Origin: Patescibacteria group bacterium | Lineage (GTDB): Bacteria; Patescibacteriota; Patescibacteriia; Magasanikbacterales; GWA2-37-8 | DNA length: 64,000 nucleotides | Direction of reading: 5' to 3' | Assembly (NCBI GenBank): GCA_041649475.1 | Contig: JBAZNA010000001.1 | Span: 456,612 to 520,611, forward strand | Shown: in pieces, positions 32,410 to 41,657 of the stretch | Numbering within the stretch: the stretch's first letter is position 1 | Layout of the letters: the number at the start of each line of letters is the position of its first letter | The notes under the pieces: generated by a model | The model's input: the letters and a program-made list of their open reading frames with translations, nothing else | What the model was told of the DNA's origin: nothing | The model's database searches: none | Made by a program: the position numbers and the translations under genes

Positions 32410-33219
32410 TTAAGCACCATGACATTTTTTAAATTTTTTTGGTTTGCCATCATTTTTTTTCGCACCACACCAACAAGGATCATTGCGACCAATCTTTTTT
32501 TTGGAACCAGATTTTGTAGAAGGTTCCGATGGCTTTTTGCCTAGCCATATTGGACCAATAACACCGATAACTCCAGCCGGTATTTGCATTTTTAGTGAGG
32601 GATAATTAGGGATCAAAGTTTTTAACACCTCGTGGGTTATTTGCCGTATGGCTGCTAAATCGGCATCACCTACTGGAGACCGCGGATTCTGATTATCGTA
32701 AGATGTCCACCCTAATGAATTTTCATGCGCCAACTTCGCATACGCTTCATCTAATAGAGGATCTACATGAGCACCACCACCTTGGTCAGCAACAAAGAGA
32801 ATCAAGTCTTTTCTCGTAAATTCTTTACTGTAGCCATCCTTTATTACAATTTGATTCCACCATTCTGAGAAGGGTACTAACCTTCTAGAGTCATTAGGAT
32901 TCTGATCTAACCAGGGAACATATGAAGGATTCGCCCCTCCAGCCGGCACACCATAAAGACTGCAAAAAGGGCTAATCAACACTTTATCTGGAGGACTATA
33001 ACTCGTATCAAAAAAATTGGTATCTTTCTTGCCAATTTGACCCAAAACTGAATAGGAAAACTTGCTATCATGCAATAAAATGCGTAGGTCGAGTGCAAGA
33101 TAACGTGCATAGTCCCGTTCGCCCTGGTCGTATTTATTGCAGTGTCCCTGCATTGACTTTAATTTTTGCTCAAAAATTTTTAAAATGTCATCAGATTTTT
33201 GTGCTATTCTTGTTACCAT
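32410..33219 (-). CDS. Hypothetical protein with C-terminal SEC-C motif
   Basis: GRNDPCWCG...KFKKCHG; ADQGGGAHVD. Confidence 0.85.
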   Translation of the reverse strand: MVTRIAQKSDDILKIFEQKLKSMQGHCNKYDQGERDYARYLALDLRILLHDSKFSYSVLGQIGKKDTNFFDTSYSPPDKVLISPFCSLYGVPAGGANPSYVPWLDQNPNDSRRLVPFSEWWNQIVIKDGYSKEFTRKDLILFVADQGGGAHVDPLLDEAYAKLAHENSLGWTSYDNQNPRSPVGDADLAAIRQITHEVLKTLIPNYPSLKMQIPAGVIGVIGPIWLGKKPSEPSTKSGSKKKIGRNDPCWCGAKKNDGKPKKFKKCHGA

Positions 33220-33308
33220 AATTATTCTTTTGTTAATTCTCGTAAATATATGAGTAAAGTATACATCGACTTATTACCTAGTCAAGGATGTACACTTACT
33301 TAACCGCC

Positions 33309-33339
33309 AAGTTCCCACTTCGTCCCATGCACCCCGCAA
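33309..33339 (+). repeat. att-like site 3 (31-bp direct repeat copy 2)
   Basis: Identical to 32326-32356; followed by the hairpin attaaggtaaccc-gcaa-gggctaccttaat. Confidence 0.85.
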
Positions 33340-33419
33340 ATTAAGGTAACCCGCAAGGGCTACCTTAATTTATATGGTTGCGGTATACTATAATCAGTTA
33401 ATTTTAATTTCCAATATAT

Positions 33420-34016
33420 ATGAAAAAAGGATATTGGTTTTGGCTTTTAATTTTAATCATATTAGGAACATTGGTTTTTTATCTTTACAAAAGTTCTAAC
33501 CCATCAGGCGAGCCGAGATCACCGGGAGAAGTTGCGCTAACAATAAAACGTACCGACGGCTTTCAGAATTGGACGAGCTTCCCGACAGCTCTGACCAATA
33601 TAGAACTCTTTGGTTTCACTTTTAATGCCACTTCAACTTTTAACGCAACATCCACCGTTGATGTGCTTATAAAAACCATCTCATTTAATACTTTTTCCAG
33701 CTCTACCCCACTAACAATTAATAATATCCGCAATATTCGTTTAATGTCAGACGGGGTTGTTTTGGGAAGTAAATCAACCATAACATCTTCTTTTGCTTTT
33801 AATGTTGACCTAACGATCCCCAAAGGTCAATATAAAAGTCTACAGTTGCGCGCCGATGCCGCACCTACAATCACTCCGGGTATTTTGCAATTTAAAATTT
33901 TTGATGTTGTGGCTCTTGACGGTCTTTTGGGGGGAAGAATTTCGGTGTTAAGATTACCTGATTTGGCTCCACTTTCTCCCGCAAATTCTTTAGATTCAAC
34001 TTCTTTTTACTTCTAA
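33420..34016 (+). CDS. Membrane-anchored exported hypothetical protein
   Basis: N-terminal TM, Ser/Thr-rich beta-type domain. Confidence 0.7.
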   Translation: MKKGYWFWLLILIILGTLVFYLYKSSNPSGEPRSPGEVALTIKRTDGFQNWTSFPTALTNIELFGFTFNATSTFNATSTVDVLIKTISFNTFSSSTPLTINNIRNIRLMSDGVVLGSKSTITSSFAFNVDLTIPKGQYKSLQLRADAAPTITPGILQFKIFDVVALDGLLGGRISVLRLPDLAPLSPANSLDSTSFYF

Positions 34017-34097
34017 AATCTATAAAAATTTTAGCTTGATTTTCTTTTAAAAAAAGCCCCGCCTGACGACAGACGGGAACATGGGGAAGGTGCGAGG

Positions 34098-34490
34098 TCA
34101 GCACTTGTAGATCACAACCGGGATGTCATACCACATCAGCGGAGTGCGCTGGTCAATCTGCCGCAAGTGGCGTTTGGCCAAAAGGATGGCCTTCTCCCAG
34201 TTGTCAATCCCCAGTTGGGGATAGGGATGGAACATGCAGAACTCCCCGCGATGTCCGCATCCTCTCGGGTACCCTTCGGCCATGTGTTCGTGCCTTTCAG
34301 CATAGGATTCCTCGTAACCGGGGCCCATGTTGTACTGCGCCAGGGCCGTGTTGAAGTAGAAGAAGAACTCCAGTCCGAGGCTCCGCGCGACCAACACCCC
34401 TTGGGTGATCTCCCGCACCTCCTCCAGGTGCTGCATGTGCATGGCACGGAAGTGGTTCTTCACTTCCTCAAGAATCTCTTGGGTTGTCAT
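34098..34490 (-). CDS. GC-rich hypothetical protein (SD-led class)
   Basis: AAGGAGG 5 nt before ATG; GC3-rich codons. Confidence 0.7.
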   Translation of the reverse strand: MTTQEILEEVKNHFRAMHMQHLEEVREITQGVLVARSLGLEFFFYFNTALAQYNMGPGYEESYAERHEHMAEGYPRGCGHRGEFCMFHPYPQLGIDNWEKAILLAKRHLRQIDQRTPLMWYDIPVVIYKC

Positions 34491-34665
34491 CACTGCCTCC
34501 TTTGTAGAGATTTAAACCGGATTATTTATCCCATTTTTTTGATTTTTTGTCAATCTCGCTGTAACTTCTTGACTACCGCCCGGTTATATGTTATCTTGTG
34601 AAGTTACCAAGGTTGGCAACCAACCGCGGCATGTTCGCGGTTTGCAACTTTAAGGAGGTATTGCG

Positions 34666-35214
34666 ATGATCGAGAAGACGGACGGAATGAAGAGGGTTGA
34701 TCTGACCTTTGCGCGTAATTGCCACCTCTGTGGCAAGCGGAGCGTTACCCGTTGGTGCCCGAATTGCACCAACAAGGCCATTTCGGCCGTTGCCACCGGT
34801 CAGATCGGAACGACCCAGCCGGGCGAGGAAATCAAACGCCTCCTGTCGCCCCCGCTGGAGATGCCGCTCAACGTTCTGATCCCGCGGCTCAACCAGCTGA
34901 TCGGCAGGCCGGTTGATCTCGAGCAGATGTTGTCCATGGAGGCCTCCTTTGAGCGCTTCGTGGACCAGCCGATGTTCAGTATGGGAGAGACGGGGCCGAC
35001 GGTAACACAAGATACCCACTCCTTCGTCGCTGACGACGGCGGGGTACCCGAAACCGTGCCGCCCGAAGTTCCTTCTGATGGCACGCGACGCTACGGCTCC
35101 AACTCCCAGCCGTTTCCGGTTGGGGTGAGCGGACCGCTCACCGCGGTTCACGTGGATGATGCGGCTGACGGCGGTGCTGTCATCACCACCATCATCCCGG
35201 GAGACAGCAGGTAG
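34666..35214 (+). CDS. GC-rich CxxC-CxxC protein, paralog of 36037..36576
   Basis: TAAGGAGGT SD; FARNCHLCG...RWCPNC; promoter TTGACT-17-TATCTT at 34569-34597. Confidence 0.75.
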   Translation: MIEKTDGMKRVDLTFARNCHLCGKRSVTRWCPNCTNKAISAVATGQIGTTQPGEEIKRLLSPPLEMPLNVLIPRLNQLIGRPVDLEQMLSMEASFERFVDQPMFSMGETGPTVTQDTHSFVADDGGVPETVPPEVPSDGTRRYGSNSQPFPVGVSGPLTAVHVDDAADGGAVITTIIPGDSR

Positions 35215-35299
35215 TTCGTTTCGTTGCCCTTTTTCCGAGTGCGCCCGCAGAGACCGTTTTTACAGGTCTCCTGGGCGCTTCTTTTTTTAATTAAAATTT

Positions 35300-35536
35300 T
35301 TATTTTGCGTTGGACAATATTTTTTTAATTCCTTCCCAGAGCATGTTGCCATAGCCGACGATGCGGTCGTTTACCACCAGTGCCGGAACTCCGCGCACGT
35401 TGTAGTACATAATCTCGCTGATCTTTGAGACCTTTTCAACAGGAACGTCTTTGTTAAGCTGTCTAAGCGCGTATTTAACATTGTCTTCCAGCTTCTGATA
35501 ATCCGGATGGCCGAAACCTAGAATTTTTATGGTCAT
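35300..35536 (-). CDS. Small thioredoxin-like (MTH895-type) protein lacking CxxC
   Basis: IKILG..HPDY...VEKV...IMYYNVRGVPALVVN. Confidence 0.7.
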   Translation of the reverse strand: MTIKILGFGHPDYQKLEDNVKYALRQLNKDVPVEKVSKISEIMYYNVRGVPALVVNDRIVGYGNMLWEGIKKILSNAK

Positions 35537-35708
35537 AGTTTGCAGTTAAATGTAGTTAAATATTATACCATTTTAGTAGGAGTTTATATAATCATTATAA
35601 CATTGACTTTTAAAAAAGCAAGTGGTAATGTTCTATGTTGCGAAAACAACAACCGATCCGTCGGCAAAAAGCCGCGGATCAAGCCACTTTTACGAGGAGG
35701 CAAGGGTC

Positions 35709-36026
35709 ATGAGAGACAATTACAATCGTAGTGTGACAGTCGGGCTTCTCCCACAGTCGGAGGAAGATGCAGATCAGTTGGAGCTGACGGCGATGAAGTT
35801 CCTCAAGCAGATCCACATCATCATGTCGCCCGAGGAGCTCATCGCTATGATGGACAAGCACCTGGGCGTGAAGATCTCGTTTCCGCTGGCTTGGAACGCC
35901 TTCGTCCTGTTCCGCAAGCGGCAGGAGGAGGAGAAGAAGAAGGAGGACGCCGTTCCGACGGCCAGCATGCGCGAGATCACCCTGAAGTTCGGGAAGTGGC
36001 CGAGGGACAAGCAGGACAAGCAGTAG
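35709..36026 (+). CDS. GC-rich hypothetical protein (SD-led class)
   Basis: GAGGAGG SD; promoter TTGACT-17-TAATGT at 35603-35631. Confidence 0.7.
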   Translation: MRDNYNRSVTVGLLPQSEEDADQLELTAMKFLKQIHIIMSPEELIAMMDKHLGVKISFPLAWNAFVLFRKRQEEEKKKEDAVPTASMREITLKFGKWPRDKQDKQ

Positions 36027-36036
36027 GAGGCCAGCC

Positions 36037-36576
36037 ATGGCGCCAGGCATGGATTTCGCTTTCGCCCGCAGATGCCATATCTGCGGTGGCGGCAAGGGCA
36101 GACAGTTCATCCTCCGCTGGTGCCCCAGCTGCATAGAGACCTATGGTGAAGGTCGCCGGCCGGTCTTTGAGATGACCGAGACGGAAAGAAATCAGGAGTT
36201 GGCATTGCTCCTGTCTCCGCCCTACGAGATCCCGTTCGCTTACATCATCCGCAGAGTCATGGAACTCAAGGGTGAGACGATGGACTTCGCTGATGTCTGT
36301 CTGTTGGAAGGTCAGCTGGAGTCCGGGCACGACCGGCCCATGTTCGTCTGGCCGCCCAATACGGCCAGGACCAAGGTCGTGGTGGAGCAGGAGGAAATCG
36401 TTGAACTCACGGGCGGTCATCGCCAGCAAGTGGAAACGCTTCGGGGCGTGCCCCATGTGCCGATTCTGAAGGAACCGCCTTCAGACGGGGAAGATGCTGT
36501 GCCGACATCCGCTGGTCCGTACGACATAACCATGCCGCACGGGCCGTGGCCGAGGGACAAGAAGCCGGCCAGGTAA
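36037..36576 (+). CDS. GC-rich CxxC-CxxC protein, paralog of 34666..35214
   Basis: AGGAGG SD; FARRCHICG...RWCPSC...LLSPP. Confidence 0.75.
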   Translation: MAPGMDFAFARRCHICGGGKGRQFILRWCPSCIETYGEGRRPVFEMTETERNQELALLLSPPYEIPFAYIIRRVMELKGETMDFADVCLLEGQLESGHDRPMFVWPPNTARTKVVVEQEEIVELTGGHRQQVETLRGVPHVPILKEPPSDGEDAVPTSAGPYDITMPHGPWPRDKKPAR

Positions 36577-36830
36577 GCCGGCCAGGTAAAAAAGAAGTAG
36601 GAGGCCAGTCATGGCGCCGAGGGATTGAGCTTGCTCTCCCCGGCGCCCATTTTTTTAAACAATTTTTTTAACAAAAAAAGATCCCGACAATGTTTGGTAA
36701 AAGGAAGGAAGCGAAGGAGGGTACGTTTCCTCCAGATACCAAACATTCTCGGGACCTTATCTGGAATTTATCAATTTTATATGCCTATTATACCTTTTTT
36801 TCAGAATTTGTCAAGAGCAACCGCTGTGGA

Positions 36831-37175
36831 CTATTTGGCCGCTTCGGCAATTTTAGCGAAAATAGCCGGATGATCAGCCGCCAGTATGGACAACACCTTT
36901 CTGTCTATAACAATACCTTTTTTCTTTAAGTTGCCGATAAACTTGCTGTAGCTCAAGCCGTATTCGCGTATAGCGGCGTTGATGCGCAGTTGCCACAAAC
37001 CGCGGTTAATGCGCTTTTTTAATTTGCGGTCGGTAAAAGCATATTGACCGGCTTTGTATTTGGCCACCTTGGCTAATTTGATTTTTGATTTTCTGCCCCA
37101 GCGAAAGCCCTTGGTATGTTTGAGGATTCCGCGTCTGCGTTTGGCGTGGAGCATGCCACCCTTAATTCTTGTCAT
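36831..37175 (-). CDS. rplT: 50S ribosomal protein L20
   Basis: MTRIKGG...KGFRWGR...LWQLRINAAIR..GLSYSKFI. Confidence 0.97.
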   Translation of the reverse strand: MTRIKGGMLHAKRRRGILKHTKGFRWGRKSKIKLAKVAKYKAGQYAFTDRKLKKRINRGLWQLRINAAIREYGLSYSKFIGNLKKKGIVIDRKVLSILAADHPAIFAKIAEAAK

Positions 37176-37206
37176 ATAACAGTCGCGCTTATATAAATAA
37201 AATAAT

Positions 37207-37401
37207 TTAGTTTGGTAAATTTATTTCCATGACTTTGTTCCATGATTTGCTCATCACTAAATCCCGTTTTTTGTTTCTGCCGGCCTTGCCGGTGTCTCTG
37301 GAATTAAAATGATTTTGTCCGGCCCGGCGTTTTAAAATTTTTCCGGTCTTGGTGATTTGGAATCTTTTTGACAGGGCCTTGTGTGTTTTTAATTTTGGCA
37401 T
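37207..37401 (-). CDS. rpmI: 50S ribosomal protein L35
   Basis: [21 protein letters not shown]. Confidence 0.97.
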   Translation of the reverse strand: MPKLKTHKALSKRFQITKTGKILKRRAGQNHFNSRDTGKAGRNKKRDLVMSKSWNKVMEINLPN

Positions 37402-37402
37402 A

Positions 37403-37948
37403 TTATTTTTTCGCGATAATCGCGGTTACTTTATTAAATTGCACCTCAATTTCCTGGTCTAAGCGCACAGGGAGCGTGCTGTTTACGTCTTTTATAAAAT
37501 TATCAACAACTGTTCGGGCCATGGGCTTTTGTTGCATTTCCCGGCCGCGCAGAATTATTTCAATCTTCACTTTGTCGCCTTCATTTAAAAATTTGATGGA
37601 TTGATTTTTGCGGATTTCTAAATCGTGCGCGCCGATGCGCAGTGACAACCTCACACCTTTAACTTCGGTGACATGGGCGTGGGCCACCTTTAGCCGTTCT
37701 TCTTTTTCCTGTTGATATCTGAATTGGCCGAAATCAATTAATCTGGCAACCGGCGGTTCGGTTTTGGGATTTATTAAAACCAGGTCAAGTTCTTGTTCTC
37801 TGGCAATGCGTACGGCTTCGGCGGTTTTCATTACGCCTAAATTTCCGCCGGCGTTATCCAAAACCAAAACTTCCGGAGCAGAGATGCCCTCGTTATGAAA
37901 AAAAATCTTTTTCGGTTCTGGTTTGTGTTTTTTGTGCGAAATGCGCAT
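37403..37948 (-). CDS. infC: Translation initiation factor IF-3
   Basis: LDLVLI...[16 protein letters not shown]...RGRE; operon with rpmI-rplT. Confidence 0.96.
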   Translation of the reverse strand: MRISHKKHKPEPKKIFFHNEGISAPEVLVLDNAGGNLGVMKTAEAVRIAREQELDLVLINPKTEPPVARLIDFGQFRYQQEKEERLKVAHAHVTEVKGVRLSLRIGAHDLEIRKNQSIKFLNEGDKVKIEIILRGREMQQKPMARTVVDNFIKDVNSTLPVRLDQEIEVQFNKVTAIIAKK

Positions 37949-37952
37949 AGCT

Positions 37953-38347
37953 TGGTGGAGGTGGCGAGAGTTGAACTCGCGTCTAGATAACCTTGACTAA
38001 ACCTTCTACATACTTAGTGTCCCTTGTTGTTTCGCCAGCGCGATAGAAGGGAACTAAAATTGCGCTGACTATCCGTGCTTTATTTCGCTTGGCCCCAGGC
38101 GGAGAAAGAGCCAAACTACTCCCGGTGAGTGACACCGCTTTCAGTTACCGGGTGTAGCTGGAGCGATGGGCTAAAGCAATTAAGCTAAAGCCGGAGCTAA
38201 ATTGAAGGCACCAAACATGTTGGCGACAGCAACCTTAGCTTTTGATAATAAGTTGGCACTTATTAGTTTTGCTCCACTATTTACGAGGCCGGAGCCGCCT
38301 CGGTATGCCAGTTTAGCCGTAAGCTTCTATCAAAGCCCGGCACCCCC
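37953..38347 (-). ncRNA. ssrA: tmRNA; tag (A)ANLLSKAKVAVANMFGAFNLAPALA* at 38257-38180
   Basis: 5' GGGGGTG pairs with 3' CACCTCCACCA, T arm GCGAG-TTCAACT-CTCGC, resume context ATAAGTGCC, adjacent to smpB. Confidence 0.95.
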
Positions 38348-38782
38348 CTTTTTGGCTTTTTCTATTTCTCGTTTAAGATATTTTTTCTTGATAGCTTCGC
38401 GTTTGTCGTATTTGTGTTTGCCGCGCGCTACTGCTATCTCAATCTTCACGAGACGGCCTTTAATATACACCGAAAGTGGCACTATTGTCAAGCCCTTTTC
38501 TAAAGATTTTTCTTGTAAATAAGCGATTTCTTTTTTTCGCAGTAATAATTTGCGGCTGCGAGTCGGGTCATATTCAAGCAGGGGACCGGCCGGTTTGTAT
38601 CTGGCAATATGCATATTTGTGACATAGGCCTCGTTACCGTGAAACGTCACATACGTTCCTTTTAAGTTGATTTGGCCGTCTTTGGCTGATTTTGTTTCCT
38701 GTCCGGACAACACTAAACCGGCCTGATATTTTTCCAGGATTTCATAATCAAACAATGCTTTTTTGTTTTCAGCTAAAGACAT
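38330..38782 (-). CDS. smpB: SsrA-binding protein
   Basis: NKKALFDYEILEKYQAGLVLSGQETKS, RKLLL, ARGKHKYDKRE. Confidence 0.97.
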   Translation of the reverse strand: MSLAENKKALFDYEILEKYQAGLVLSGQETKSAKDGQINLKGTYVTFHGNEAYVTNMHIARYKPAGPLLEYDPTRSRKLLLRKKEIAYLQEKSLEKGLTIVPLSVYIKGRLVKIEIAVARGKHKYDKREAIKKKYLKREIEKAKKGGAGL

Positions 38783-38858
38783 ATTGTTAAAATTTTACCA
38801 TAAAAACTCATGAATTGCAATTTGGCGCTTTTTGTGATATAATCATATAAAATATTCT

Positions 38859-39650
38859 ATGCGTAAAACTATTTCACTTCATCCCAAACTGGTGGCCGTG
38901 GTTGATGGAATAATCAACATTGGCATGTTGTGGTGGCTATCGCTGGTTACTTCCTGGTGGATGGTAGGAATCTGGATTTTGGTTCTCCTGCTGATTTGGG
39001 GACTGCTCATGTATCTAATGTATTATCCGCCTGAATTCAGCAAAGTGCGGCATTTGTTGTCTTTGGTTTTTTTTAGTTTGGGCATGGCGTCTTTTCTTCT
39101 CTTTATAGAATGGCAACTGGCTTGGCTGCTCGTCGGGGCATGTTTTTTAATATTTAACTATTTCAGTTTCTGGCTCATACCGGCTTCCAACGTGGCCATC
39201 TCTCCGTTTATGAAACCCAACACGCGCTGGCGTTTTATAATGTCGGTTCTGGGGCTGGCCGGAATTTTTGTGGGCATGGAAGCAGTCATCGCTTTTCAGC
39301 TGATATATATTACAACCAATTGGCTTTGGATTTTTCTCGTATCCGTGGCCGCGACTTTTATGGCCGGCTGGTGGTGGAATGAATACGGTTTTCCTTTTGA
39401 TAAAAAATTCTGGCTTAATATCTTGCTGTGGTTTGTGCTGATGATGGAATTGCTTTGGATCGTCCAATTATTACCCATGGGATACCTGGTGAGCGGTTTG
39501 GTTTTAATTTGGTGCTGGTATATTTTGTGGCTTTTGGTCAGGTTCAATATGTCGCCGGAAGGGATAGATTGGAAAAAACAGCTTTGGTTTTTGGGAGTCA
39601 ACGCGGTTTTATTTATTAGTTTTTTAATTTTTGCCGTTAAATGGCGTTAA
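38859..39650 (+). CDS. Polytopic membrane protein
   Basis: About 9 hydrophobic segments. Confidence 0.75.
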   Translation: MRKTISLHPKLVAVVDGIINIGMLWWLSLVTSWWMVGIWILVLLLIWGLLMYLMYYPPEFSKVRHLLSLVFFSLGMASFLLFIEWQLAWLLVGACFLIFNYFSFWLIPASNVAISPFMKPNTRWRFIMSVLGLAGIFVGMEAVIAFQLIYITTNWLWIFLVSVAATFMAGWWWNEYGFPFDKKFWLNILLWFVLMMELLWIVQLLPMGYLVSGLVLIWCWYILWLLVRFNMSPEGIDWKKQLWFLGVNAVLFISFLIFAVKWR

Positions 39651-39653
39651 ATT

Positions 39654-40700
39654 ATGTTTCCTCCTCATTTGCCGCCAAAATCATCCAGCATTTCCAGCCA
39701 TAAACGCTGGCAGAGAATAAAAATGTTATTGGGCATGGTCGCGCTTTGTGTTTTTGTCGGCTTGTGCGGAGCGGCCATCATGGTCGGCTGGATCTGGCCC
39801 AATTACGGCGCCGGCGATATTTGGATTTCTTCTTACACCCGTCCGGCCATATCAAGCATTCAGCTTGATACCAGAATACGCGATGAGATTTCTTTGCGTA
39901 TTGTGGCTGTGTATAAATCCGAAGCCAGTTTAAGCGGTATCAATTATTTAAGACAGCCGCTCGGTTCGGCGGTGATGGTAGGTTCAGACGGCTGGGCAGC
40001 CATGTATTTGCCGGATTATGACGGAAATTTTAAAGGCATGTCCGTGTTGACGCAGAACGGGCAGGTCTATCAATTTGAAAATGGCCTGCTGGATAAATAT
40101 TCCGGTGTTGTTTATTTAAAAATAAAAGGCGGCCAGTTTGAGGTGGTTAATTTCAGCAGTTCAATTTCCGCGAATGACGAAGTTTTCGCGTTTAACAACA
40201 ATAACTGGAACCCCGCTTATGTCAAATATGGAATAACCGGCGATTATGGTTTGCCTCATTTAGACAGCGCCCCTTATTTAACCTATCTGCTGGATACCAA
40301 TTTTCAAGCCGGCAGTATTATTATAGACGCTCAAGGCCGGGTAGCCGGATTTATCAGAAAAGACAGTACCTTACTGCCAAGCAGTTACATAACCAGGGTG
40401 CTGGCAAGAGTTTTAAGCCAGCAATTGGTTTCCTATCCGTCTCTCGGGGTTGAGGGTTGGTACAGTGACGAACAGCCGATCGTGGTGGGATCCGCCAGCG
40501 TGAAAGGATTTGGCGTCACCAGAGTTTTATCCGCGGAGAGCGTTTTGAAGAAAGGCGATATCATTTTAACAATCAACGGCCGCGTTGCTGACCCGGCCAA
40601 TTTGTGGTATACTGTCAGCAACAATTCAACTGCTCGCCTGCAAGTTTCGCGCGCCGGAAAAACAATTAACCTTGAAACAAAAATTTTTGAAATTAAGTAA
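39654..40700 (+). CDS. Membrane-anchored HtrA/S1C-like protein with PDZ domain (catalytic residues appear degenerate)
   Basis: GSAVMVGSDGW, IDAQGRVAG, LKKGDIILTING. Confidence 0.7.
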   Translation: MFPPHLPPKSSSISSHKRWQRIKMLLGMVALCVFVGLCGAAIMVGWIWPNYGAGDIWISSYTRPAISSIQLDTRIRDEISLRIVAVYKSEASLSGINYLRQPLGSAVMVGSDGWAAMYLPDYDGNFKGMSVLTQNGQVYQFENGLLDKYSGVVYLKIKGGQFEVVNFSSSISANDEVFAFNNNNWNPAYVKYGITGDYGLPHLDSAPYLTYLLDTNFQAGSIIIDAQGRVAGFIRKDSTLLPSSYITRVLARVLSQQLVSYPSLGVEGWYSDEQPIVVGSASVKGFGVTRVLSAESVLKKGDIILTINGRVADPANLWYTVSNNSTARLQVSRAGKTINLETKIFEIK

Positions 40701-40708
40701 TTAATTTT

Positions 40709-41317
40709 ATGTGGCATCTTCTTCTCAAGCACTATAAACTCATAATCGTGTGGGGGGTTGTTATCGCCGTGGCGTCTGCCGGCGTTAGTTTTTTATTCCC
40801 CAGGCAGTATAGCGCCAACAGCCAGGTTCTGATAATTTCTAAAAATCGCACCGGCGTGGATCCGTATACCCAGGCCAAATCAGCCGAAACCATCGGCACC
40901 AATTTGGTGCAGGTTTTAAAAACCACTGATTTTTATAACAAGGTAATGCAGTATCCGGGCATTTCTTTTGACAAAGGCCGCTGGTTAAATTTAACGGATC
41001 GCAAACAGCGCAAGCAATGGTCAAAAGACGTGGTGGCCACGATGGTCTACGGCACCGGGTTGATGAATATCACGGCCTACAGCAACAGCCAAAACGACGC
41101 TGTTAATTTATCCAGCGCCGTCACCCAGGTGATGTCCAGCGAGGGTTGGCAGTATGTCGGCGGCGATGTTGATATCAAAGCCGTGAGCACGCCTCTGGCT
41201 TCAGTTCTGCCGGCCCGTCCCAATTTTATTTTAAACTTCGTGCTTGGATTTTTAGTCGGCGCTTTGATTTCCAGCTTGTGGGTGATGAGATATAAAAAAC
41301 ATTTGTTTGGGAATTAA
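40709..41317 (+). CDS. Wzz/YveK-like polysaccharide chain-length protein
   Basis: N- and C-terminal TM helices, PRQYSANSQVLI, PARPNFILN..LG. Confidence 0.75.
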   Translation: MWHLLLKHYKLIIVWGVVIAVASAGVSFLFPRQYSANSQVLIISKNRTGVDPYTQAKSAETIGTNLVQVLKTTDFYNKVMQYPGISFDKGRWLNLTDRKQRKQWSKDVVATMVYGTGLMNITAYSNSQNDAVNLSSAVTQVMSSEGWQYVGGDVDIKAVSTPLASVLPARPNFILNFVLGFLVGALISSLWVMRYKKHLFGN

Positions 41318-41326
41318 TAGATTTCT

Positions 41327-41653
41327 ATGGACTTAGACCAAATAAAAGAAGAAGCCCAAAAAAAAGGCGAGAAGCTTGGGTTTTTGATTGCTTCTCTTAA
41401 TCTTCCTAACGAAGCCAGAGAGTCACTCTTAACAGTTTTGCCGGAAATGTCCGAAGAACAAATTGACAGATTGATGGTAATTTTGGAAGCCGCTTATTTG
41501 AATCAAAAAACCGGAAATTTAGATCAGGATTTGTCGGCCAAGCTAACAACCATAGAAGCTGGTTTTAATAAAGATATGCAAAAAGCGGACAAAGACGCCC
41601 TGAAAGAATTGAGCCAGTTGGAAAAGGACTTGGACGCAAAAAAACCAGAATAA
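41327..41653 (+). CDS. Hypothetical helical protein
   Basis: 108-aa ORF in operon. Confidence 0.7.
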   Translation: MDLDQIKEEAQKKGEKLGFLIASLNLPNEARESLLTVLPEMSEEQIDRLMVILEAAYLNQKTGNLDQDLSAKLTTIEAGFNKDMQKADKDALKELSQLEKDLDAKKPE

Positions 41654-41657
41654 ATTT

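Noticed and set aside
31722-33339. CRISPR array
   Set aside because: Only 2-3 repeats separated by 0.6-1 kb genes; no cas genes recognised
38202-38522. 106-aa plus-strand ORF
   Set aside because: Antisense to tmRNA and smpB
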